Shown: positions 18,205-27,932 of the stretch, in pieces
Position numbering within the stretch: position 1 is the stretch's first letter
Layout: every line of letters begins with the position of its first letter
Position numbers and translations under genes: made by a program
The notes under the pieces: generated by a model
The model's database searches: none
What the model saw: the letters and a program-made list of their open reading frames with translations, nothing else
What the model was told of the DNA's origin: nothing
Virus record (IMG/VR): IMGVR_UViG_3300045988_127883
Span: 1 to 64,000 of that record
DNA: 64,000 nucleotides
DNA from: a virus
Strand: one strand, 5' to 3'

Positions 18205-18737
18205 GAGGCGAAATTTGTCCTTATTGCGGAAGAGAAACTGAGCTGGTAAATGCCGATAAAATATATAGCAGAAAAGGCTTAGGGATGGTTATGATGTGCA
18301 AACCATGCAACGCTTATGTCGGTGTTCATGAATCAGGGCCGAATAAGGGAAAAGCTAAAGGCTGGCTCGCGGGGCCATCACTGAGATCTCTTAAGATAAG
18401 AGTCCATGCCGAACTTGACAGACTATGGTCTACGCCGGAGGAACGGAAAAGGATGTATAAAGATTTATCTGAATTTCTCTCTATACCGGAAGAATACACA
18501 CATATAGGTATGTTCGGCGAGAAGACGATGGGAAAAATCTTTCAGTTCTGTCATGTAAACAAAGAGCGATCAGGTTCGAGAATAGAATGGCATAAGCCTG
18601 GAGATAAGTGCCCTAATAAAAACAATCAAATAGTGTCAGGCAGTAGCGCATGCAGAGGATGTCCTGAGTATCTTCATGATGAGAAAGACGGGTATGTCTG
18701 GTGTGATCCTGATATGAGCTACGGCAGGTTGAAATAG
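18171..18737 (+). CDS. Hypothetical zinc-ribbon protein (188 aa).
   Basis: CPYCG...CKPCN, plus C-terminal CRGCPEY. Confidence 0.45.
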   Translation: MELNERQQRVLRGEICPYCGRETELVNADKIYSRKGLGMVMMCKPCNAYVGVHESGPNKGKAKGWLAGPSLRSLKIRVHAELDRLWSTPEERKRMYKDLSEFLSIPEEYTHIGMFGEKTMGKIFQFCHVNKERSGSRIEWHKPGDKCPNKNNQIVSGSSACRGCPEYLHDEKDGYVWCDPDMSYGRLK

Positions 18738-18789
18738 GGCGCGAATTGCCTATCTTTGTGCTATTATCAATCAAAAAAAATGTAAGAAG

Positions 18790-19065
18790 ATGGGCAGATC
18801 AACAGAGTACTACAGGACTCATCCCGAAGCCAGGAAGAAAAAGGCTAAAAAGGACAAGGAGATAAATGCCAGACCGGAACAGAAAGCCAAACGCCGGGAG
18901 CTTGGTCGTAAAAACTACGAAACGGACAAGAAGAAGGGCAAGGGCTGGAGGAAAGGCAAGGATTGTTCTCATACCAAGAACGGTCTTAGGTATAAATCAG
19001 TAAAAGCTAATAGGGGATCCAAATCGGATACGAAAGGTGACAAAAATGCAAGATCTCCGAAATAA
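18790..19065 (+). CDS. Highly basic small protein (91 aa, Lys/Arg-rich). It may bind nucleic acid.
   Basis: Composition is visibly K/R dominated. Confidence 0.4.
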   Translation: MGRSTEYYRTHPEARKKKAKKDKEINARPEQKAKRRELGRKNYETDKKKGKGWRKGKDCSHTKNGLRYKSVKANRGSKSDTKGDKNARSPK

Positions 19066-19103
19066 TATACAAAAAGACAAATAGAATTTTACTTTTTTGT
19101 ATA

Positions 19104-19350
19104 TCCAGTTTTACTGGCCGGTTATTAGCCTAAGTGCTTCGAGCACTACGTTATCGGAGAATGTATAGTTACCCTGGAGTGTTTATCCAAGCTCCAGGCT
19201 CTAAGGCAGGTGATTAAACAGTATTTGTATTTGGATACAGTGTTGCTTGTAAGAAACCTCTGAATAACATTGGCGATGGGTACTAACAGATTGAAATATA
19301 TCTGACTTACTACGAATAGTAGTTATTAATTAAAAATTAGTTTGTAACAA
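19104..19350 (+). ncRNA. Omega-RNA / HEARO-like structured element, copy 2, upstream of IscB-2.
   Basis: Same conserved scaffold with compensatory stem changes. Ends at the IscB ATG. Confidence 0.7.
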
Positions 19351-20610
19351 ATGGTGTACGTACAAGACATAAATGGTAAACCTATGATGCCTACAACAAG
19401 GCATGGTAAGGTTAGGAGACTGCTTAAAGACAAAAAGGCAGTTGTTGTCAACTTATGTCCGTTTACCATCAAATTAATGTACGTTACATCTGATTACAAA
19501 CAGGAAATTGTGTTAGGCGTTGATGCTGGAACTAAACATGTTGGTCTATCAGCTACGACGAAAAGCAAGGAGCTTTACGCAAGTGAAGTTATTCTGAGAA
19601 ATGATATCATTAATTTGCTTTCGACAAGAAGAGAATTGAGGAAAGCGAGAAGGAATAGGATAAGGTATAGAAAGCCGAGATTTAATAACAGAATAAAGTC
19701 GAAGCGCCAAGGATGGATAGCTCCATCTGTTTGTCAAAAAATTGATTCCCATATTAAGGTTGTCAGTTTTATACATTCTATCCTTCCTGTTTCAAGATTA
19801 ATTATAGAAACTTCTCAGTTTGATACTCAAAAGATTAAGAATCCTGATATATTGGGAAAAGAATACCAGCAAGGCGAGCAACTTGGATTTTGGAATGTTC
19901 GAGAATACATACTTTTTCGTGATGGTCACAAATGCCAGCATTGTAAGGGAAAATCGAAAAATCCTATTCTTAATATCCACCATATCGAATCGCGAAAGAC
20001 TGGTGGAGATTCACCTTCTAATTTGATTACTTTATGTGAAACTTGCCATAAGGAGTACCATAAGGGGAATATTAAATTGAAGGTAAAAAGAGGAACTTCA
20101 CTTCGTGATGCGGCCGCGATGGGAATCATGAAATGGAAGTTATTCGATAAATTGAAGTCATTATATCCAAACGTTAGTATGACATTTGGATATATAACGA
20201 AACATAATCGGATAAAACATAGAATCGAAAAGTCCCATGTTTCTGATGCATTTGTTATCTCAGAGAATTTTAAAGCAAAAAGGCTTGGATATCATTTCAA
20301 GATGAAACTCACACGGAGACATAATAGGCAAATTCATAAAATGAAGATGCAAAAGGGAGGGATCAAAAGAATGAATCAATCACCATTTAGGGTATTTGGG
20401 TTTAGACTATTTGATAAAGTAATGTTTTATGGTGAAAAACGATTTATTTACGCAAGAAGACTTTCTGGTAGTTTTAAAATAAAAGATATAGATGGGGAAA
20501 ATGAGAAAAATATATCATATAAAAAATTAAAATATATAGGACATGGATTGACTTCTATTGAAGTAGATCAATCATATGGATATAAAGCAAATACACATAA
20601 TAACGAATAA
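19351..20610 (+). CDS. iscB: IscB (419 aa, copy 2). It is the most diverged copy and has a C-terminal extension.
   Basis: All motifs as in copy 1 are retained (RuvC-II IIETSQFD, HNH NIHHIES/CETCHKEYH, RuvC-III SHVSDAFVIS). The first ~90 nt are identical to the other copies. Confidence 0.85.
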   Translation: MVYVQDINGKPMMPTTRHGKVRRLLKDKKAVVVNLCPFTIKLMYVTSDYKQEIVLGVDAGTKHVGLSATTKSKELYASEVILRNDIINLLSTRRELRKARRNRIRYRKPRFNNRIKSKRQGWIAPSVCQKIDSHIKVVSFIHSILPVSRLIIETSQFDTQKIKNPDILGKEYQQGEQLGFWNVREYILFRDGHKCQHCKGKSKNPILNIHHIESRKTGGDSPSNLITLCETCHKEYHKGNIKLKVKRGTSLRDAAAMGIMKWKLFDKLKSLYPNVSMTFGYITKHNRIKHRIEKSHVSDAFVISENFKAKRLGYHFKMKLTRRHNRQIHKMKMQKGGIKRMNQSPFRVFGFRLFDKVMFYGEKRFIYARRLSGSFKIKDIDGENEKNISYKKLKYIGHGLTSIEVDQSYGYKANTHNNE

Positions 20611-20615
20611 TCACA

Positions 20616-21746
20616 ATGGAGTTTGGAACATTCGATAACAAAACGACAAAAGTTAACATCCGGAATATTTTCAAAACCTCCAAACAGGTTATGGAAGAGG
20701 CGTATGAGAATATCTTGAAATACAGGCGGGGAGAGCTTATCCCCGCTAAAACCGGATACGATTATATTGATGAGGCTTTGCTTGGAGGTATTTTCCCTCA
20801 GCATGCTATTGCCATAGGAGCCCGGCCATCTGTAGGTAAATCGTATGTGGCCCAAAAGATATTGGAAAATGTGATGAATCCGATGATCAACCCGCAAGCA
20901 GAAGATTATTTTCTTGTTAATTGCGAGTTCGAAATGAATCCTCAAGATCTTCTTCTTCGCAGAATGAGCCAGGATATGAAAAAGCGGGCTCCTGAAATAT
21001 TAAGAAGGCAAGATTCTAATACAGTAGAAGAGATGAGGATGTTTGAAATCCTTCAAGGTGAAATCAGAAATAATATAATATACATCGATGCTCCGTGTAC
21101 GGTAAAAGAGTTTGAGGCGGCTGTGTATCATATAGCTACCAAACATAAAGACAAACGTCTTATAATATTTAAAGTCGATCATATTGCTTTGATAAAAAGA
21201 ATGGGATTAGATCCTAAGTCGGCTATAGATGATTTGGTGGCGGTTATGAACGAAGCTAAATTAGTATATAAAAACATATTTTTCCTCATCATATCCCAAT
21301 TCAACAGAGAAATAGAAGGAAGGATAAAAAGCCCACAAGAGCAGCCTCCGCGTCTTTCTGATTTTTACCAGTCTGATACGCTGGGTCAGTTATGTACGTT
21401 AATGATAGGTTTGCACAATCCTCGTAGGTACGGGCTGGATAAGTATATGATATTTGGGAAAGATTGGTATCAGACTCTTGATAGGTTTAAAACTGAAAAC
21501 AAAACATCATTCAGGACAGCCGGACTTGTGTTTCATCATATACTGAAGGTAAGGCAAGTTAGTATGGAAGAGCTTACTAATACAATCCACCCAGAGATAC
21601 TGCCGGGACATGGATGGATGTACGGGGAGGGCGGGACGAAGTTCGTGAACCCCAACCAGCCGCCGACGCCGCCTAAGCTCTATACTGTGGAAGACGTTAC
21701 GGACAATCAGGAACAAGAGACAAAAAAAGAACAGTCATTGTATTAA
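20616..21746 (+). CDS. DnaB-like replicative helicase, RecA-fold C-terminal domain (376 aa).
   Basis: Walker A GARPSVGKS. DnaB-like SQFNRE (SQLNR) motif. Walker B-like IIFKVDHIAL. Confidence 0.65.
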   Translation: MEFGTFDNKTTKVNIRNIFKTSKQVMEEAYENILKYRRGELIPAKTGYDYIDEALLGGIFPQHAIAIGARPSVGKSYVAQKILENVMNPMINPQAEDYFLVNCEFEMNPQDLLLRRMSQDMKKRAPEILRRQDSNTVEEMRMFEILQGEIRNNIIYIDAPCTVKEFEAAVYHIATKHKDKRLIIFKVDHIALIKRMGLDPKSAIDDLVAVMNEAKLVYKNIFFLIISQFNREIEGRIKSPQEQPPRLSDFYQSDTLGQLCTLMIGLHNPRRYGLDKYMIFGKDWYQTLDRFKTENKTSFRTAGLVFHHILKVRQVSMEELTNTIHPEILPGHGWMYGEGGTKFVNPNQPPTPPKLYTVEDVTDNQEQETKKEQSLY

Positions 21747-21761
21747 AAAAAAATAAGAACC

Positions 21762-22364
21762 ATGAGACTAACAGTAGAAGAAAACGAATACCTGATAAGT
21801 AAGTTCCTTTTGGTTCTTACTGAGTTTGCAGGGGATGAAAGAGAGATGTTTTTAATCAACTCCATACATGACAAGGCGGTGGCGGATATGAATTATCGTC
21901 TTCCGTCTTTAATAAGCAGAGAACGTAAAAGACGAGTCATTGAGCTCCTTAAAGAAGGGACCAGAATAATCAAGGACTTTTCCGGCTATGCAGGTGATAT
22001 GGGTATGATTAACGAATACGATCGTCTAAAGAAAGAAATAGGAACCGTCCAAGATCAGCTTGGCGACGTAGAAGGTCAACTTCGGGCAGCCGGCGAAGTA
22101 ATCAAGAAAGAGCTTGATATGATTGCTGACCGAATCAAAGAAGACCTCCTCGACCGAGAGCTGGCTAAAAGTAATGCTGAGGCTGAAAGAAAAGCCAAAG
22201 TAGATCCGAGATACGAAGTAGCTTTAGGTGATTACAAGGAGATGTTGGAAGTGATTTTTACAACCAGAAACAAGTATTCTACGGTAGATTCTGTACATGA
22301 CGATCTTCGCCAGTCGGTATCTACCGGTAGAAATTCGATTATTAAAGAAGGGTACAACAGTTAA
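21762..22364 (+). CDS. Hypothetical coiled-coil protein (200 aa).
   Basis: Intact ORF. Confidence 0.45.
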   Translation: MRLTVEENEYLISKFLLVLTEFAGDEREMFLINSIHDKAVADMNYRLPSLISRERKRRVIELLKEGTRIIKDFSGYAGDMGMINEYDRLKKEIGTVQDQLGDVEGQLRAAGEVIKKELDMIADRIKEDLLDRELAKSNAEAERKAKVDPRYEVALGDYKEMLEVIFTTRNKYSTVDSVHDDLRQSVSTGRNSIIKEGYNS

Positions 22365-22379
22365 AAACAAGGAGGGAAT

Positions 22380-22577
22380 ATGGAAAAGAAGGAATTTAAA
22401 GTAGGAGAAGTATTTGATGCCGGACTTGTAAGATTAAAATGTGTGGAAGGTGATACATGCGATAGGTGTATATTCAAAGATTACGATTCTTGTTCATGTA
22501 CAGACATAATTGTTGGTCCATGTGGACATGTTGATAGACAAGATAACAAGAATGTTATTTTTATTAAAGCTGATTAA
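22380..22577 (+). CDS. Hypothetical Cys-rich small protein (65 aa).
   Basis: ORF with aaggagg SD. Confidence 0.4.
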   Translation: MEKKEFKVGEVFDAGLVRLKCVEGDTCDRCIFKDYDSCSCTDIIVGPCGHVDRQDNKNVIFIKAD

Positions 22578-22579
22578 GA

Positions 22580-23293
22580 ATGTACATCAATTTCAGACAA
22601 CTTGCAGCATCAGACATGACCCCTAATGATCTTGCCAATCTTCTTGCCATAAGACAGAAGGATTCGGTTATGATCGAAGCTATGCCAGAAGAAGACGCTG
22701 GTAGATATATAGAGCTTGGCCTGGTTGAGAAATTAAAATCAGGCGTGATGAGATTGACCAACAAAGGAACGTCTTTTGTGAATTATATAGAGACACCGGA
22801 GATGACAGACGAGGTTCTGGAAACGTTGAAGATTATGATAGGAATGTACGAATCATATTCAAAAGACATAGGTGTCAGCAGAAAAGAAGCGGAATCCAGA
22901 TTGTGTTGGTTTATGGGTAACACCTCATTCAAGAAAGAGGTCATACTTCAGGTAACGGAATCTTATATAGCAGAGTCAGGAGATTATACAATGAGCTTAT
23001 GTAACTTCATATGGAAACCGCCTTCTCAGGCTTTTTCAGTCCATATGAACCTTAAAAATTCAAAGCTCTTTGACTTAATAGCTGAAAAATTTAAGATCGC
23101 TACCGAGCCTTATTTGGAGTCTAAGAAGAATAAGGAAATGGATTGGTTGTTTGCCGTATCTAAATTGCCTACGCCGCCGGCTAAAGGCAATCCGGATTAT
23201 TTGTTTACCGGAAGCTCGGAGACAGATAAAGAGCGATTGAAAAACATAAAAACGTATTTATTTAACAAAATTAGAAAGCAATGGAAAAAGTAA
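22580..23293 (+). CDS. Hypothetical protein (237 aa).
   Basis: Intact ORF. Confidence 0.45.
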   Translation: MYINFRQLAASDMTPNDLANLLAIRQKDSVMIEAMPEEDAGRYIELGLVEKLKSGVMRLTNKGTSFVNYIETPEMTDEVLETLKIMIGMYESYSKDIGVSRKEAESRLCWFMGNTSFKKEVILQVTESYIAESGDYTMSLCNFIWKPPSQAFSVHMNLKNSKLFDLIAEKFKIATEPYLESKKNKEMDWLFAVSKLPTPPAKGNPDYLFTGSSETDKERLKNIKTYLFNKIRKQWKK

Positions 23294-23532
23294 GAATCAG
23301 AAAGATAATAGAGGATATAATTATTACTCAGTTTCTTAATTCGGAAATAGATATAGTTCATGAAGAAGATGTGTCGTTTAAAGAACTTGGATTAGATTCT
23401 GTTGATCGGATTGAGCTTGATGTGATGGTGGAACAAAAATTCAATATTGTTATTATTGATTATGATATGGAGACCATCAAAGATATGACTGATCTTGTTT
23501 ACAAAATAATAACAGAAGGATATGGGAAGTGA
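23281..23532 (+). CDS. Acyl-carrier-protein-like protein (83 aa).
   Basis: ELGLDSVDRIELDVMVEQKFNIVI matches the ACP phosphopantetheine-attachment region (DLGxDSLDxVELvM..EeeF). Confidence 0.5.
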   Translation: MEKVRIRKIIEDIIITQFLNSEIDIVHEEDVSFKELGLDSVDRIELDVMVEQKFNIVIIDYDMETIKDMTDLVYKIITEGYGK

Positions 23533-24016
23533 CATAATTTTATGCATGGCTTTAATAGCGTCATTTGCTTTTGTTATACAGTTTTTGTTGTCGATATTAG
23601 GATCTGATCTGGATACGGATATTGACATTGACAGTGCTTCTGATTTAAGTATGTCTTTGTCGGACATCATATCATTCAAGGGCATAACACATTTCATCCT
23701 TGGATATAGCTGGACTACCTACTTTTCGGGTTCTCATTTAGTAGGGGTTGTGATAGGGTCGTTTTTCTTTATCGTTTTGTTTTACGTATATAAGTTACTT
23801 CTTAAGTTAAAACAAGAAATGGTGTACGAATGTCCAGAAGATTTAAATGGCAGAGAAGTGGAGATAGTATTTAGATCAGGAAAGAACCATTATATGGTAA
23901 ATATTGTGAAAAACGGGAGACAGGAACAGATGAGAGTAGGGTGCTTGTCTGGGAAAAATTACAAAAATGGTGACAAGGTGAACATAAAATACGAAGAAGG
24001 AGAATTAAGTATCTAA
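23522..24016 (+). CDS. NfeD-like membrane protein, the usual partner of SPFH/flotillin proteins (164 aa).
   Basis: N-terminal TM helices plus a C-terminal soluble Gly/Val-rich domain. It sits immediately upstream of the SPFH gene, as in yuaF-yuaG (floT) type pairs. Confidence 0.5.
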   Translation: MGSDIILCMALIASFAFVIQFLLSILGSDLDTDIDIDSASDLSMSLSDIISFKGITHFILGYSWTTYFSGSHLVGVVIGSFFFIVLFYVYKLLLKLKQEMVYECPEDLNGREVEIVFRSGKNHYMVNIVKNGRQEQMRVGCLSGKNYKNGDKVNIKYEEGELSI

Positions 24017-24049
24017 TTTTTTTATACCAACAATTAAATTTTAAAAGTT

Positions 24050-25750
24050 ATGACAACAATCATGTACGTGTCAGCTATCTTAGCTGTAGTGATTATTTTG
24101 ACAATCATCGGAGTCTTATCAAGGTATCGTAGATGCAAGCCTAATCAGGTTTTGGTCGTTTACGGTAAGACAGGTGGGGAAAAGAAATCGGCGAAATTAT
24201 ATCATGGTGGAGCAGCATTCGTGTTGCCTATTATCCAAAGCTATGATATTTTATCTATGGAGCCTATGCAAATAGATTGTAGGCTTACTGGTGCTTTGTC
24301 ATCTCAGAATATTAGAGTAGATGTGCCTACAACTATTACAGTAGCTATCAGTACAAATCCTGAAATCATGCAAAATGCAGCAGAAAGACTTTTGGGGATG
24401 GATACCGAATCTACTGAAAATCTTATTACAGACATCGTTTACGGTCAGATGCGTTTGATTATTGCCGAAATGACAATCGAAAAACTTAATTCTGATAGGG
24501 ATGAGTTTTTGGATAAGGCAAGAAAAAACATTGATAACGAACTTAATAAATTGGGTCTTTATCTTTTGAACATTAACATCAGTGACATCAGAGATGAAGC
24601 CGGCTACATCATGAATCTTGGTAAAGAGGCTGAAAGCAAGGCTCTGAACGAAGCACAGGCTAATATCGAAGAACAGGAAAAGCTGGGTGCTATTAAGATT
24701 GCTGTACAACAGAAGGAAAAAGAAACGGCTGTAGCTAATACCCAAAAAGAGCAAGAGATTCAAATTGCCTATACTGAAAAAGAAAAAGAAACGGTAGTAG
24801 CTGAAACAAAGAAAGAAAAAGAAGTAGCTTTGGCTTTAACCGATAAAGAAAAACAGATCGGTGTAGCTCAAGCCGATAGAGATAGGGCTGCGGCTATAGC
24901 AAAGACTTTGGCTGACAAGGAATCAGCGATTGCAAGATCTAAGGCGGAACTTGAAGTAAACAAAGCTGAAGCCGAAAGAATGGAAGAAGTTGGAAAGAAT
25001 AAAGCTGAAGCTGACAAACAAGCAGCTATAGCAATACAAGACTCTGAAGCTCAGATTAAGAAAGCTGAGGCTGAGAAAAATGCTTCTGTAGGCTACAACA
25101 ATGCCCAGAAAGAGGTTGCTGTATCAGAATCAGAATTGCAGGTTATCAAAGCTCAATCAGAAAAGAAGGCCGGAGAAGAAAAAGTTAAATCGGAAGCGGC
25201 TGTAAAAACGGCAAAAGAGCTTGCTGATAAAGAAGTGGAAGAAGCTAAGGCTAAGAAAGTTCAGGCTGCGCTTAAGGCTGAAAAGATTGTGCCGGCTGAA
25301 ACCCAGAAGGAAGAGGCTATCTTACAAGCTGATGCCGAGGCCGAGAAGATCAAACGCCGGGCTGAGGCTGAGGCAGCAGCACATTTGGCAAAAGCTGAGG
25401 CAGAGGCAAAAGCTATTCAGATGAAGCTGGAGGCAGAAGCCGACGGTAAGAAAAAGTCGTTAATGGCAGAAGCCGACGGATTTAAGGCTATGGTGGAAGC
25501 AGCAGAATCCAATCCCCAGATCGCCATCCAGTACAAGATGGTTAATCAGTGGAAAGAAATTGCTGGAGAACAGGTTAAAGCATTTGAGCACATTAACCTC
25601 GGAAATATCACGGTATTTGACGGCGGTCAGAACAGTACCGGTAATTTCCTTAACAATGTTGTCAAGACCGTCGCTCCGGCATTGGGAGTCATCGATCAGC
25701 TTCCGATTGCAGATACTTTAAAGAAATTAAAAGGAGATGACAAAAAATAA
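24050..25750 (+). CDS. Flotillin-like SPFH / band-7 protein with a long Ala/Glu/Lys-rich coiled coil (566 aa).
   Basis: N-terminal TM and SPFH core (NQVLVVYGKTGG...PIIQSYDILSMEPMQIDC...RVDVPTTITVAIS). Followed by flotillin-type EA-rich repeats (AEAEKIKRRAEAEAAAHLAKAEAEAKA). Confidence 0.7.
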   Translation: MTTIMYVSAILAVVIILTIIGVLSRYRRCKPNQVLVVYGKTGGEKKSAKLYHGGAAFVLPIIQSYDILSMEPMQIDCRLTGALSSQNIRVDVPTTITVAISTNPEIMQNAAERLLGMDTESTENLITDIVYGQMRLIIAEMTIEKLNSDRDEFLDKARKNIDNELNKLGLYLLNINISDIRDEAGYIMNLGKEAESKALNEAQANIEEQEKLGAIKIAVQQKEKETAVANTQKEQEIQIAYTEKEKETVVAETKKEKEVALALTDKEKQIGVAQADRDRAAAIAKTLADKESAIARSKAELEVNKAEAERMEEVGKNKAEADKQAAIAIQDSEAQIKKAEAEKNASVGYNNAQKEVAVSESELQVIKAQSEKKAGEEKVKSEAAVKTAKELADKEVEEAKAKKVQAALKAEKIVPAETQKEEAILQADAEAEKIKRRAEAEAAAHLAKAEAEAKAIQMKLEAEADGKKKSLMAEADGFKAMVEAAESNPQIAIQYKMVNQWKEIAGEQVKAFEHINLGNITVFDGGQNSTGNFLNNVVKTVAPALGVIDQLPIADTLKKLKGDDKK

Positions 25751-25944
25751 ATACAATGGCCCAAGGTTACACTTGGGCCTAATTGAAGAAGCAAAAGCAG
25801 CATTTATAGATTTCATGCCAGCAGGAATAGTGATTTTTAGTGCTTTACTAATTACGATATTTTTAACATGGATTTTGGACAAGATTTAGAACCAGAAGAA
25901 CTGACCAAGCATTATGATCAGTGTTATAACCCCAAATAGTATTA

Positions 25945-26240
25945 AACCAATATAATTCTATTATAAAAGTTTAATACATCTCTTTAAGAGATCGGGTTAT
26001 TAGCCTAAGCCTTGAAACAAAGGCTACGTTATTTAAGAATAGATAGTTACCTACGGATGTTTGCCCAAGTCTGTAGCTCTAAGGTAAGTGATTAAACAGT
26101 TCTGGTATTCAGGAACAGTGTTGCTTATTCAAAACCTTAAATAACATTGGCGATGGGTACTTACAGGAGAAATCCTGACTTATCCCTAACGGGATTTACA
26201 TCTACCAAGGAGACCGGAAGGTCTCCGAGGGGATGTATTA
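25945..26240 (+). ncRNA. Orphan omega-RNA / HEARO-like element (copy 3) with no downstream IscB ORF. It ends in a strong hairpin (ggagaccggaaggtctcc).
   Basis: Full conserved scaffold present and closest to copy 1. The next ORF (26284) is unrelated. The 5' flank (25945-25976) is homologous to the copy-4 5' flank. Confidence 0.6.
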
Positions 26241-26283
26241 AAACATATGAATAGCTTTAAATATATTTAATAGAATATGAGAT

Positions 26284-26631
26284 ATGGAATTGATTTTGAA
26301 ACAGAAGAAGAGGAGGATGAAGAGTATGACTGATGAGGAATTTGTATTGGATAATAAGAAAAAGGTTGTTGTAAGAAAAAGAATATCTTATTTAAACAAA
26401 GGTGATAAAGTGTGGATCGTGTCTTCCGATGGGTATCTACTACACACGGACGTAGTTAGAGCCGACCGGGGCCGATCTTATGTGGATATAGACGGGATAC
26501 TGTATTGGAAGCGAGGATTAGATGGCAAACATCGTAATCGTAATAACTACATGCAGTTTGCCATGACACCAGAAGACGGTAAGAAGTATGTCGTATATTA
26601 CCCGGAAGGATTTAAAGACAATGACTTATGA
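26284..26631 (+). CDS. Hypothetical protein (115 aa).
   Basis: Intact ORF. Confidence 0.45.
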   Translation: MELILKQKKRRMKSMTDEEFVLDNKKKVVVRKRISYLNKGDKVWIVSSDGYLLHTDVVRADRGRSYVDIDGILYWKRGLDGKHRNRNNYMQFAMTPEDGKKYVVYYPEGFKDNDL

Positions 26632-27656
26632 TGGTCCCGGAAACACATTTGCTATATAAGGAGTTTAATGGTGTAAAACGTCTTGCCATATCTTATTCCC
26701 AGATAGATACGTTTCTTACCTGTCCAATGAAATGGTATAAGACTTACGTAGAGGGCAAAAGGTCTACAGAAAAACAAGAAGCTACGTCTTATGGTACGGT
26801 TATCCATAAGACACTGGAATACTTTTTTAAGAACGGAAGACAGCCTTCTGGTAAAGACCTTGGAGAAGCAATAAGTTACTATGCTTACCAGGAAGACATA
26901 CCTTGGCAATCACCGGAAAATATGATGATAGCCATGAAACAATCTGGAGAACTTCTTGCTTGGATTGTGGATCTATTTAAAAAAGACGGGAATAGGTTTA
27001 TGATAGCTGATAGTGATCTTAATCCCTGTGAGAAACTTATTAGACACGGCGCTATAGTTGGAGTCGAAGAAGATTTTGTGCTGCCGTACCGTCTTCCTAA
27101 GCCTGTTGATATAAATGGGACCGTTCATACTCATGTGTACATAGTAGGATCGGTGGATCTTCATCTGGCTATAAAGAGCAAGAACGTAGTTCACCATTAT
27201 GTCATAGATTGGAAATCAGGTAATAAGGTTTTTGATTCCAAGAAGTTGGAAACGAATTTACAGCATCCTATATATTCGTTTTACATCTATAGAAAATATG
27301 GTGGGGTTCTGCCAGATATGAACATCTATTTCTTTACCAGGACCAGGCAGTACCAAAAGGTTAAAGTAGATGAAGAACGTAAAACAAAATCTATAGAGAT
27401 GCTAAACGATACATTATCCAAAATGTATGATTTTGAAGATAATAGTGTAAAATCATTTCAAGCGTACATCCAGGGAGCAGAAGGAGCCAGGTATAGCAAG
27501 CGGCGTGCCACCCTAAGCCAGCCTGTTTCGCAAAACAAGCTACCCTGCCCGTCAGCACTGTGTTATTATTGTGACTTTGGATTACATAACAAAAACGAAT
27601 GCCCTTTCTCTTCGGATTGGGATCCGTCTAAAAAGATAAAACGATATCTGAAATAA
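26628..27656 (+). CDS. Cas4-like / RecB-family PD-(D/E)xK nuclease with a Cys cluster (342 aa).
   Basis: N-terminal SYSQIDTFLTCPMKWY. Core VGSVDLHLAIKS...IDWKSG (D...D/E-x-K). C-terminal CPSALCYYC...ECPF. One N-terminal plus three C-terminal Cys is the Cas4-type FeS arrangement. Confidence 0.6.
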   Translation: MMVPETHLLYKEFNGVKRLAISYSQIDTFLTCPMKWYKTYVEGKRSTEKQEATSYGTVIHKTLEYFFKNGRQPSGKDLGEAISYYAYQEDIPWQSPENMMIAMKQSGELLAWIVDLFKKDGNRFMIADSDLNPCEKLIRHGAIVGVEEDFVLPYRLPKPVDINGTVHTHVYIVGSVDLHLAIKSKNVVHHYVIDWKSGNKVFDSKKLETNLQHPIYSFYIYRKYGGVLPDMNIYFFTRTRQYQKVKVDEERKTKSIEMLNDTLSKMYDFEDNSVKSFQAYIQGAEGARYSKRRATLSQPVSQNKLPCPSALCYYCDFGLHNKNECPFSSDWDPSKKIKRYLK

Positions 27657-27932
27657 CATTAAAACAATATAATTCCATTATAAGGTTTTAATGTACCAGA
27701 AATGGTCCGGATATTAGCCTAAGCCTTGAAACATAGGCTACGTTATTTGAGAATATATAGTTACCTACGGATGTTTACCCAAGTCTGTAGCTCTAAGGAT
27801 GGTGATTAAACAACAGTTGTATTTGGATTGTAGTGTTGCTTACTAAAAACCTTAAATAACATTGGCGATGGGTACTAACAGGATGGAATATTCCTGACTT
27901 ATGTTGAATAAACATTAAAAACGTTTGTAGAT
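27657..27932 (+). ncRNA. Omega-RNA / HEARO-like structured element, copy 4, upstream of IscB-3.
   Basis: Same scaffold. It starts directly after the upstream gene's stop codon. The 3' 40 nt plus the start of IscB are identical to copy 1. Confidence 0.7.

Noticed and set aside
25221-25424. Lys/Arg-rich 67-aa ORF.
   Set aside because: It is an alternate frame inside the flotillin coiled-coil gene. The repetitive GCT/GAG/AAG codons create an open shadow frame.
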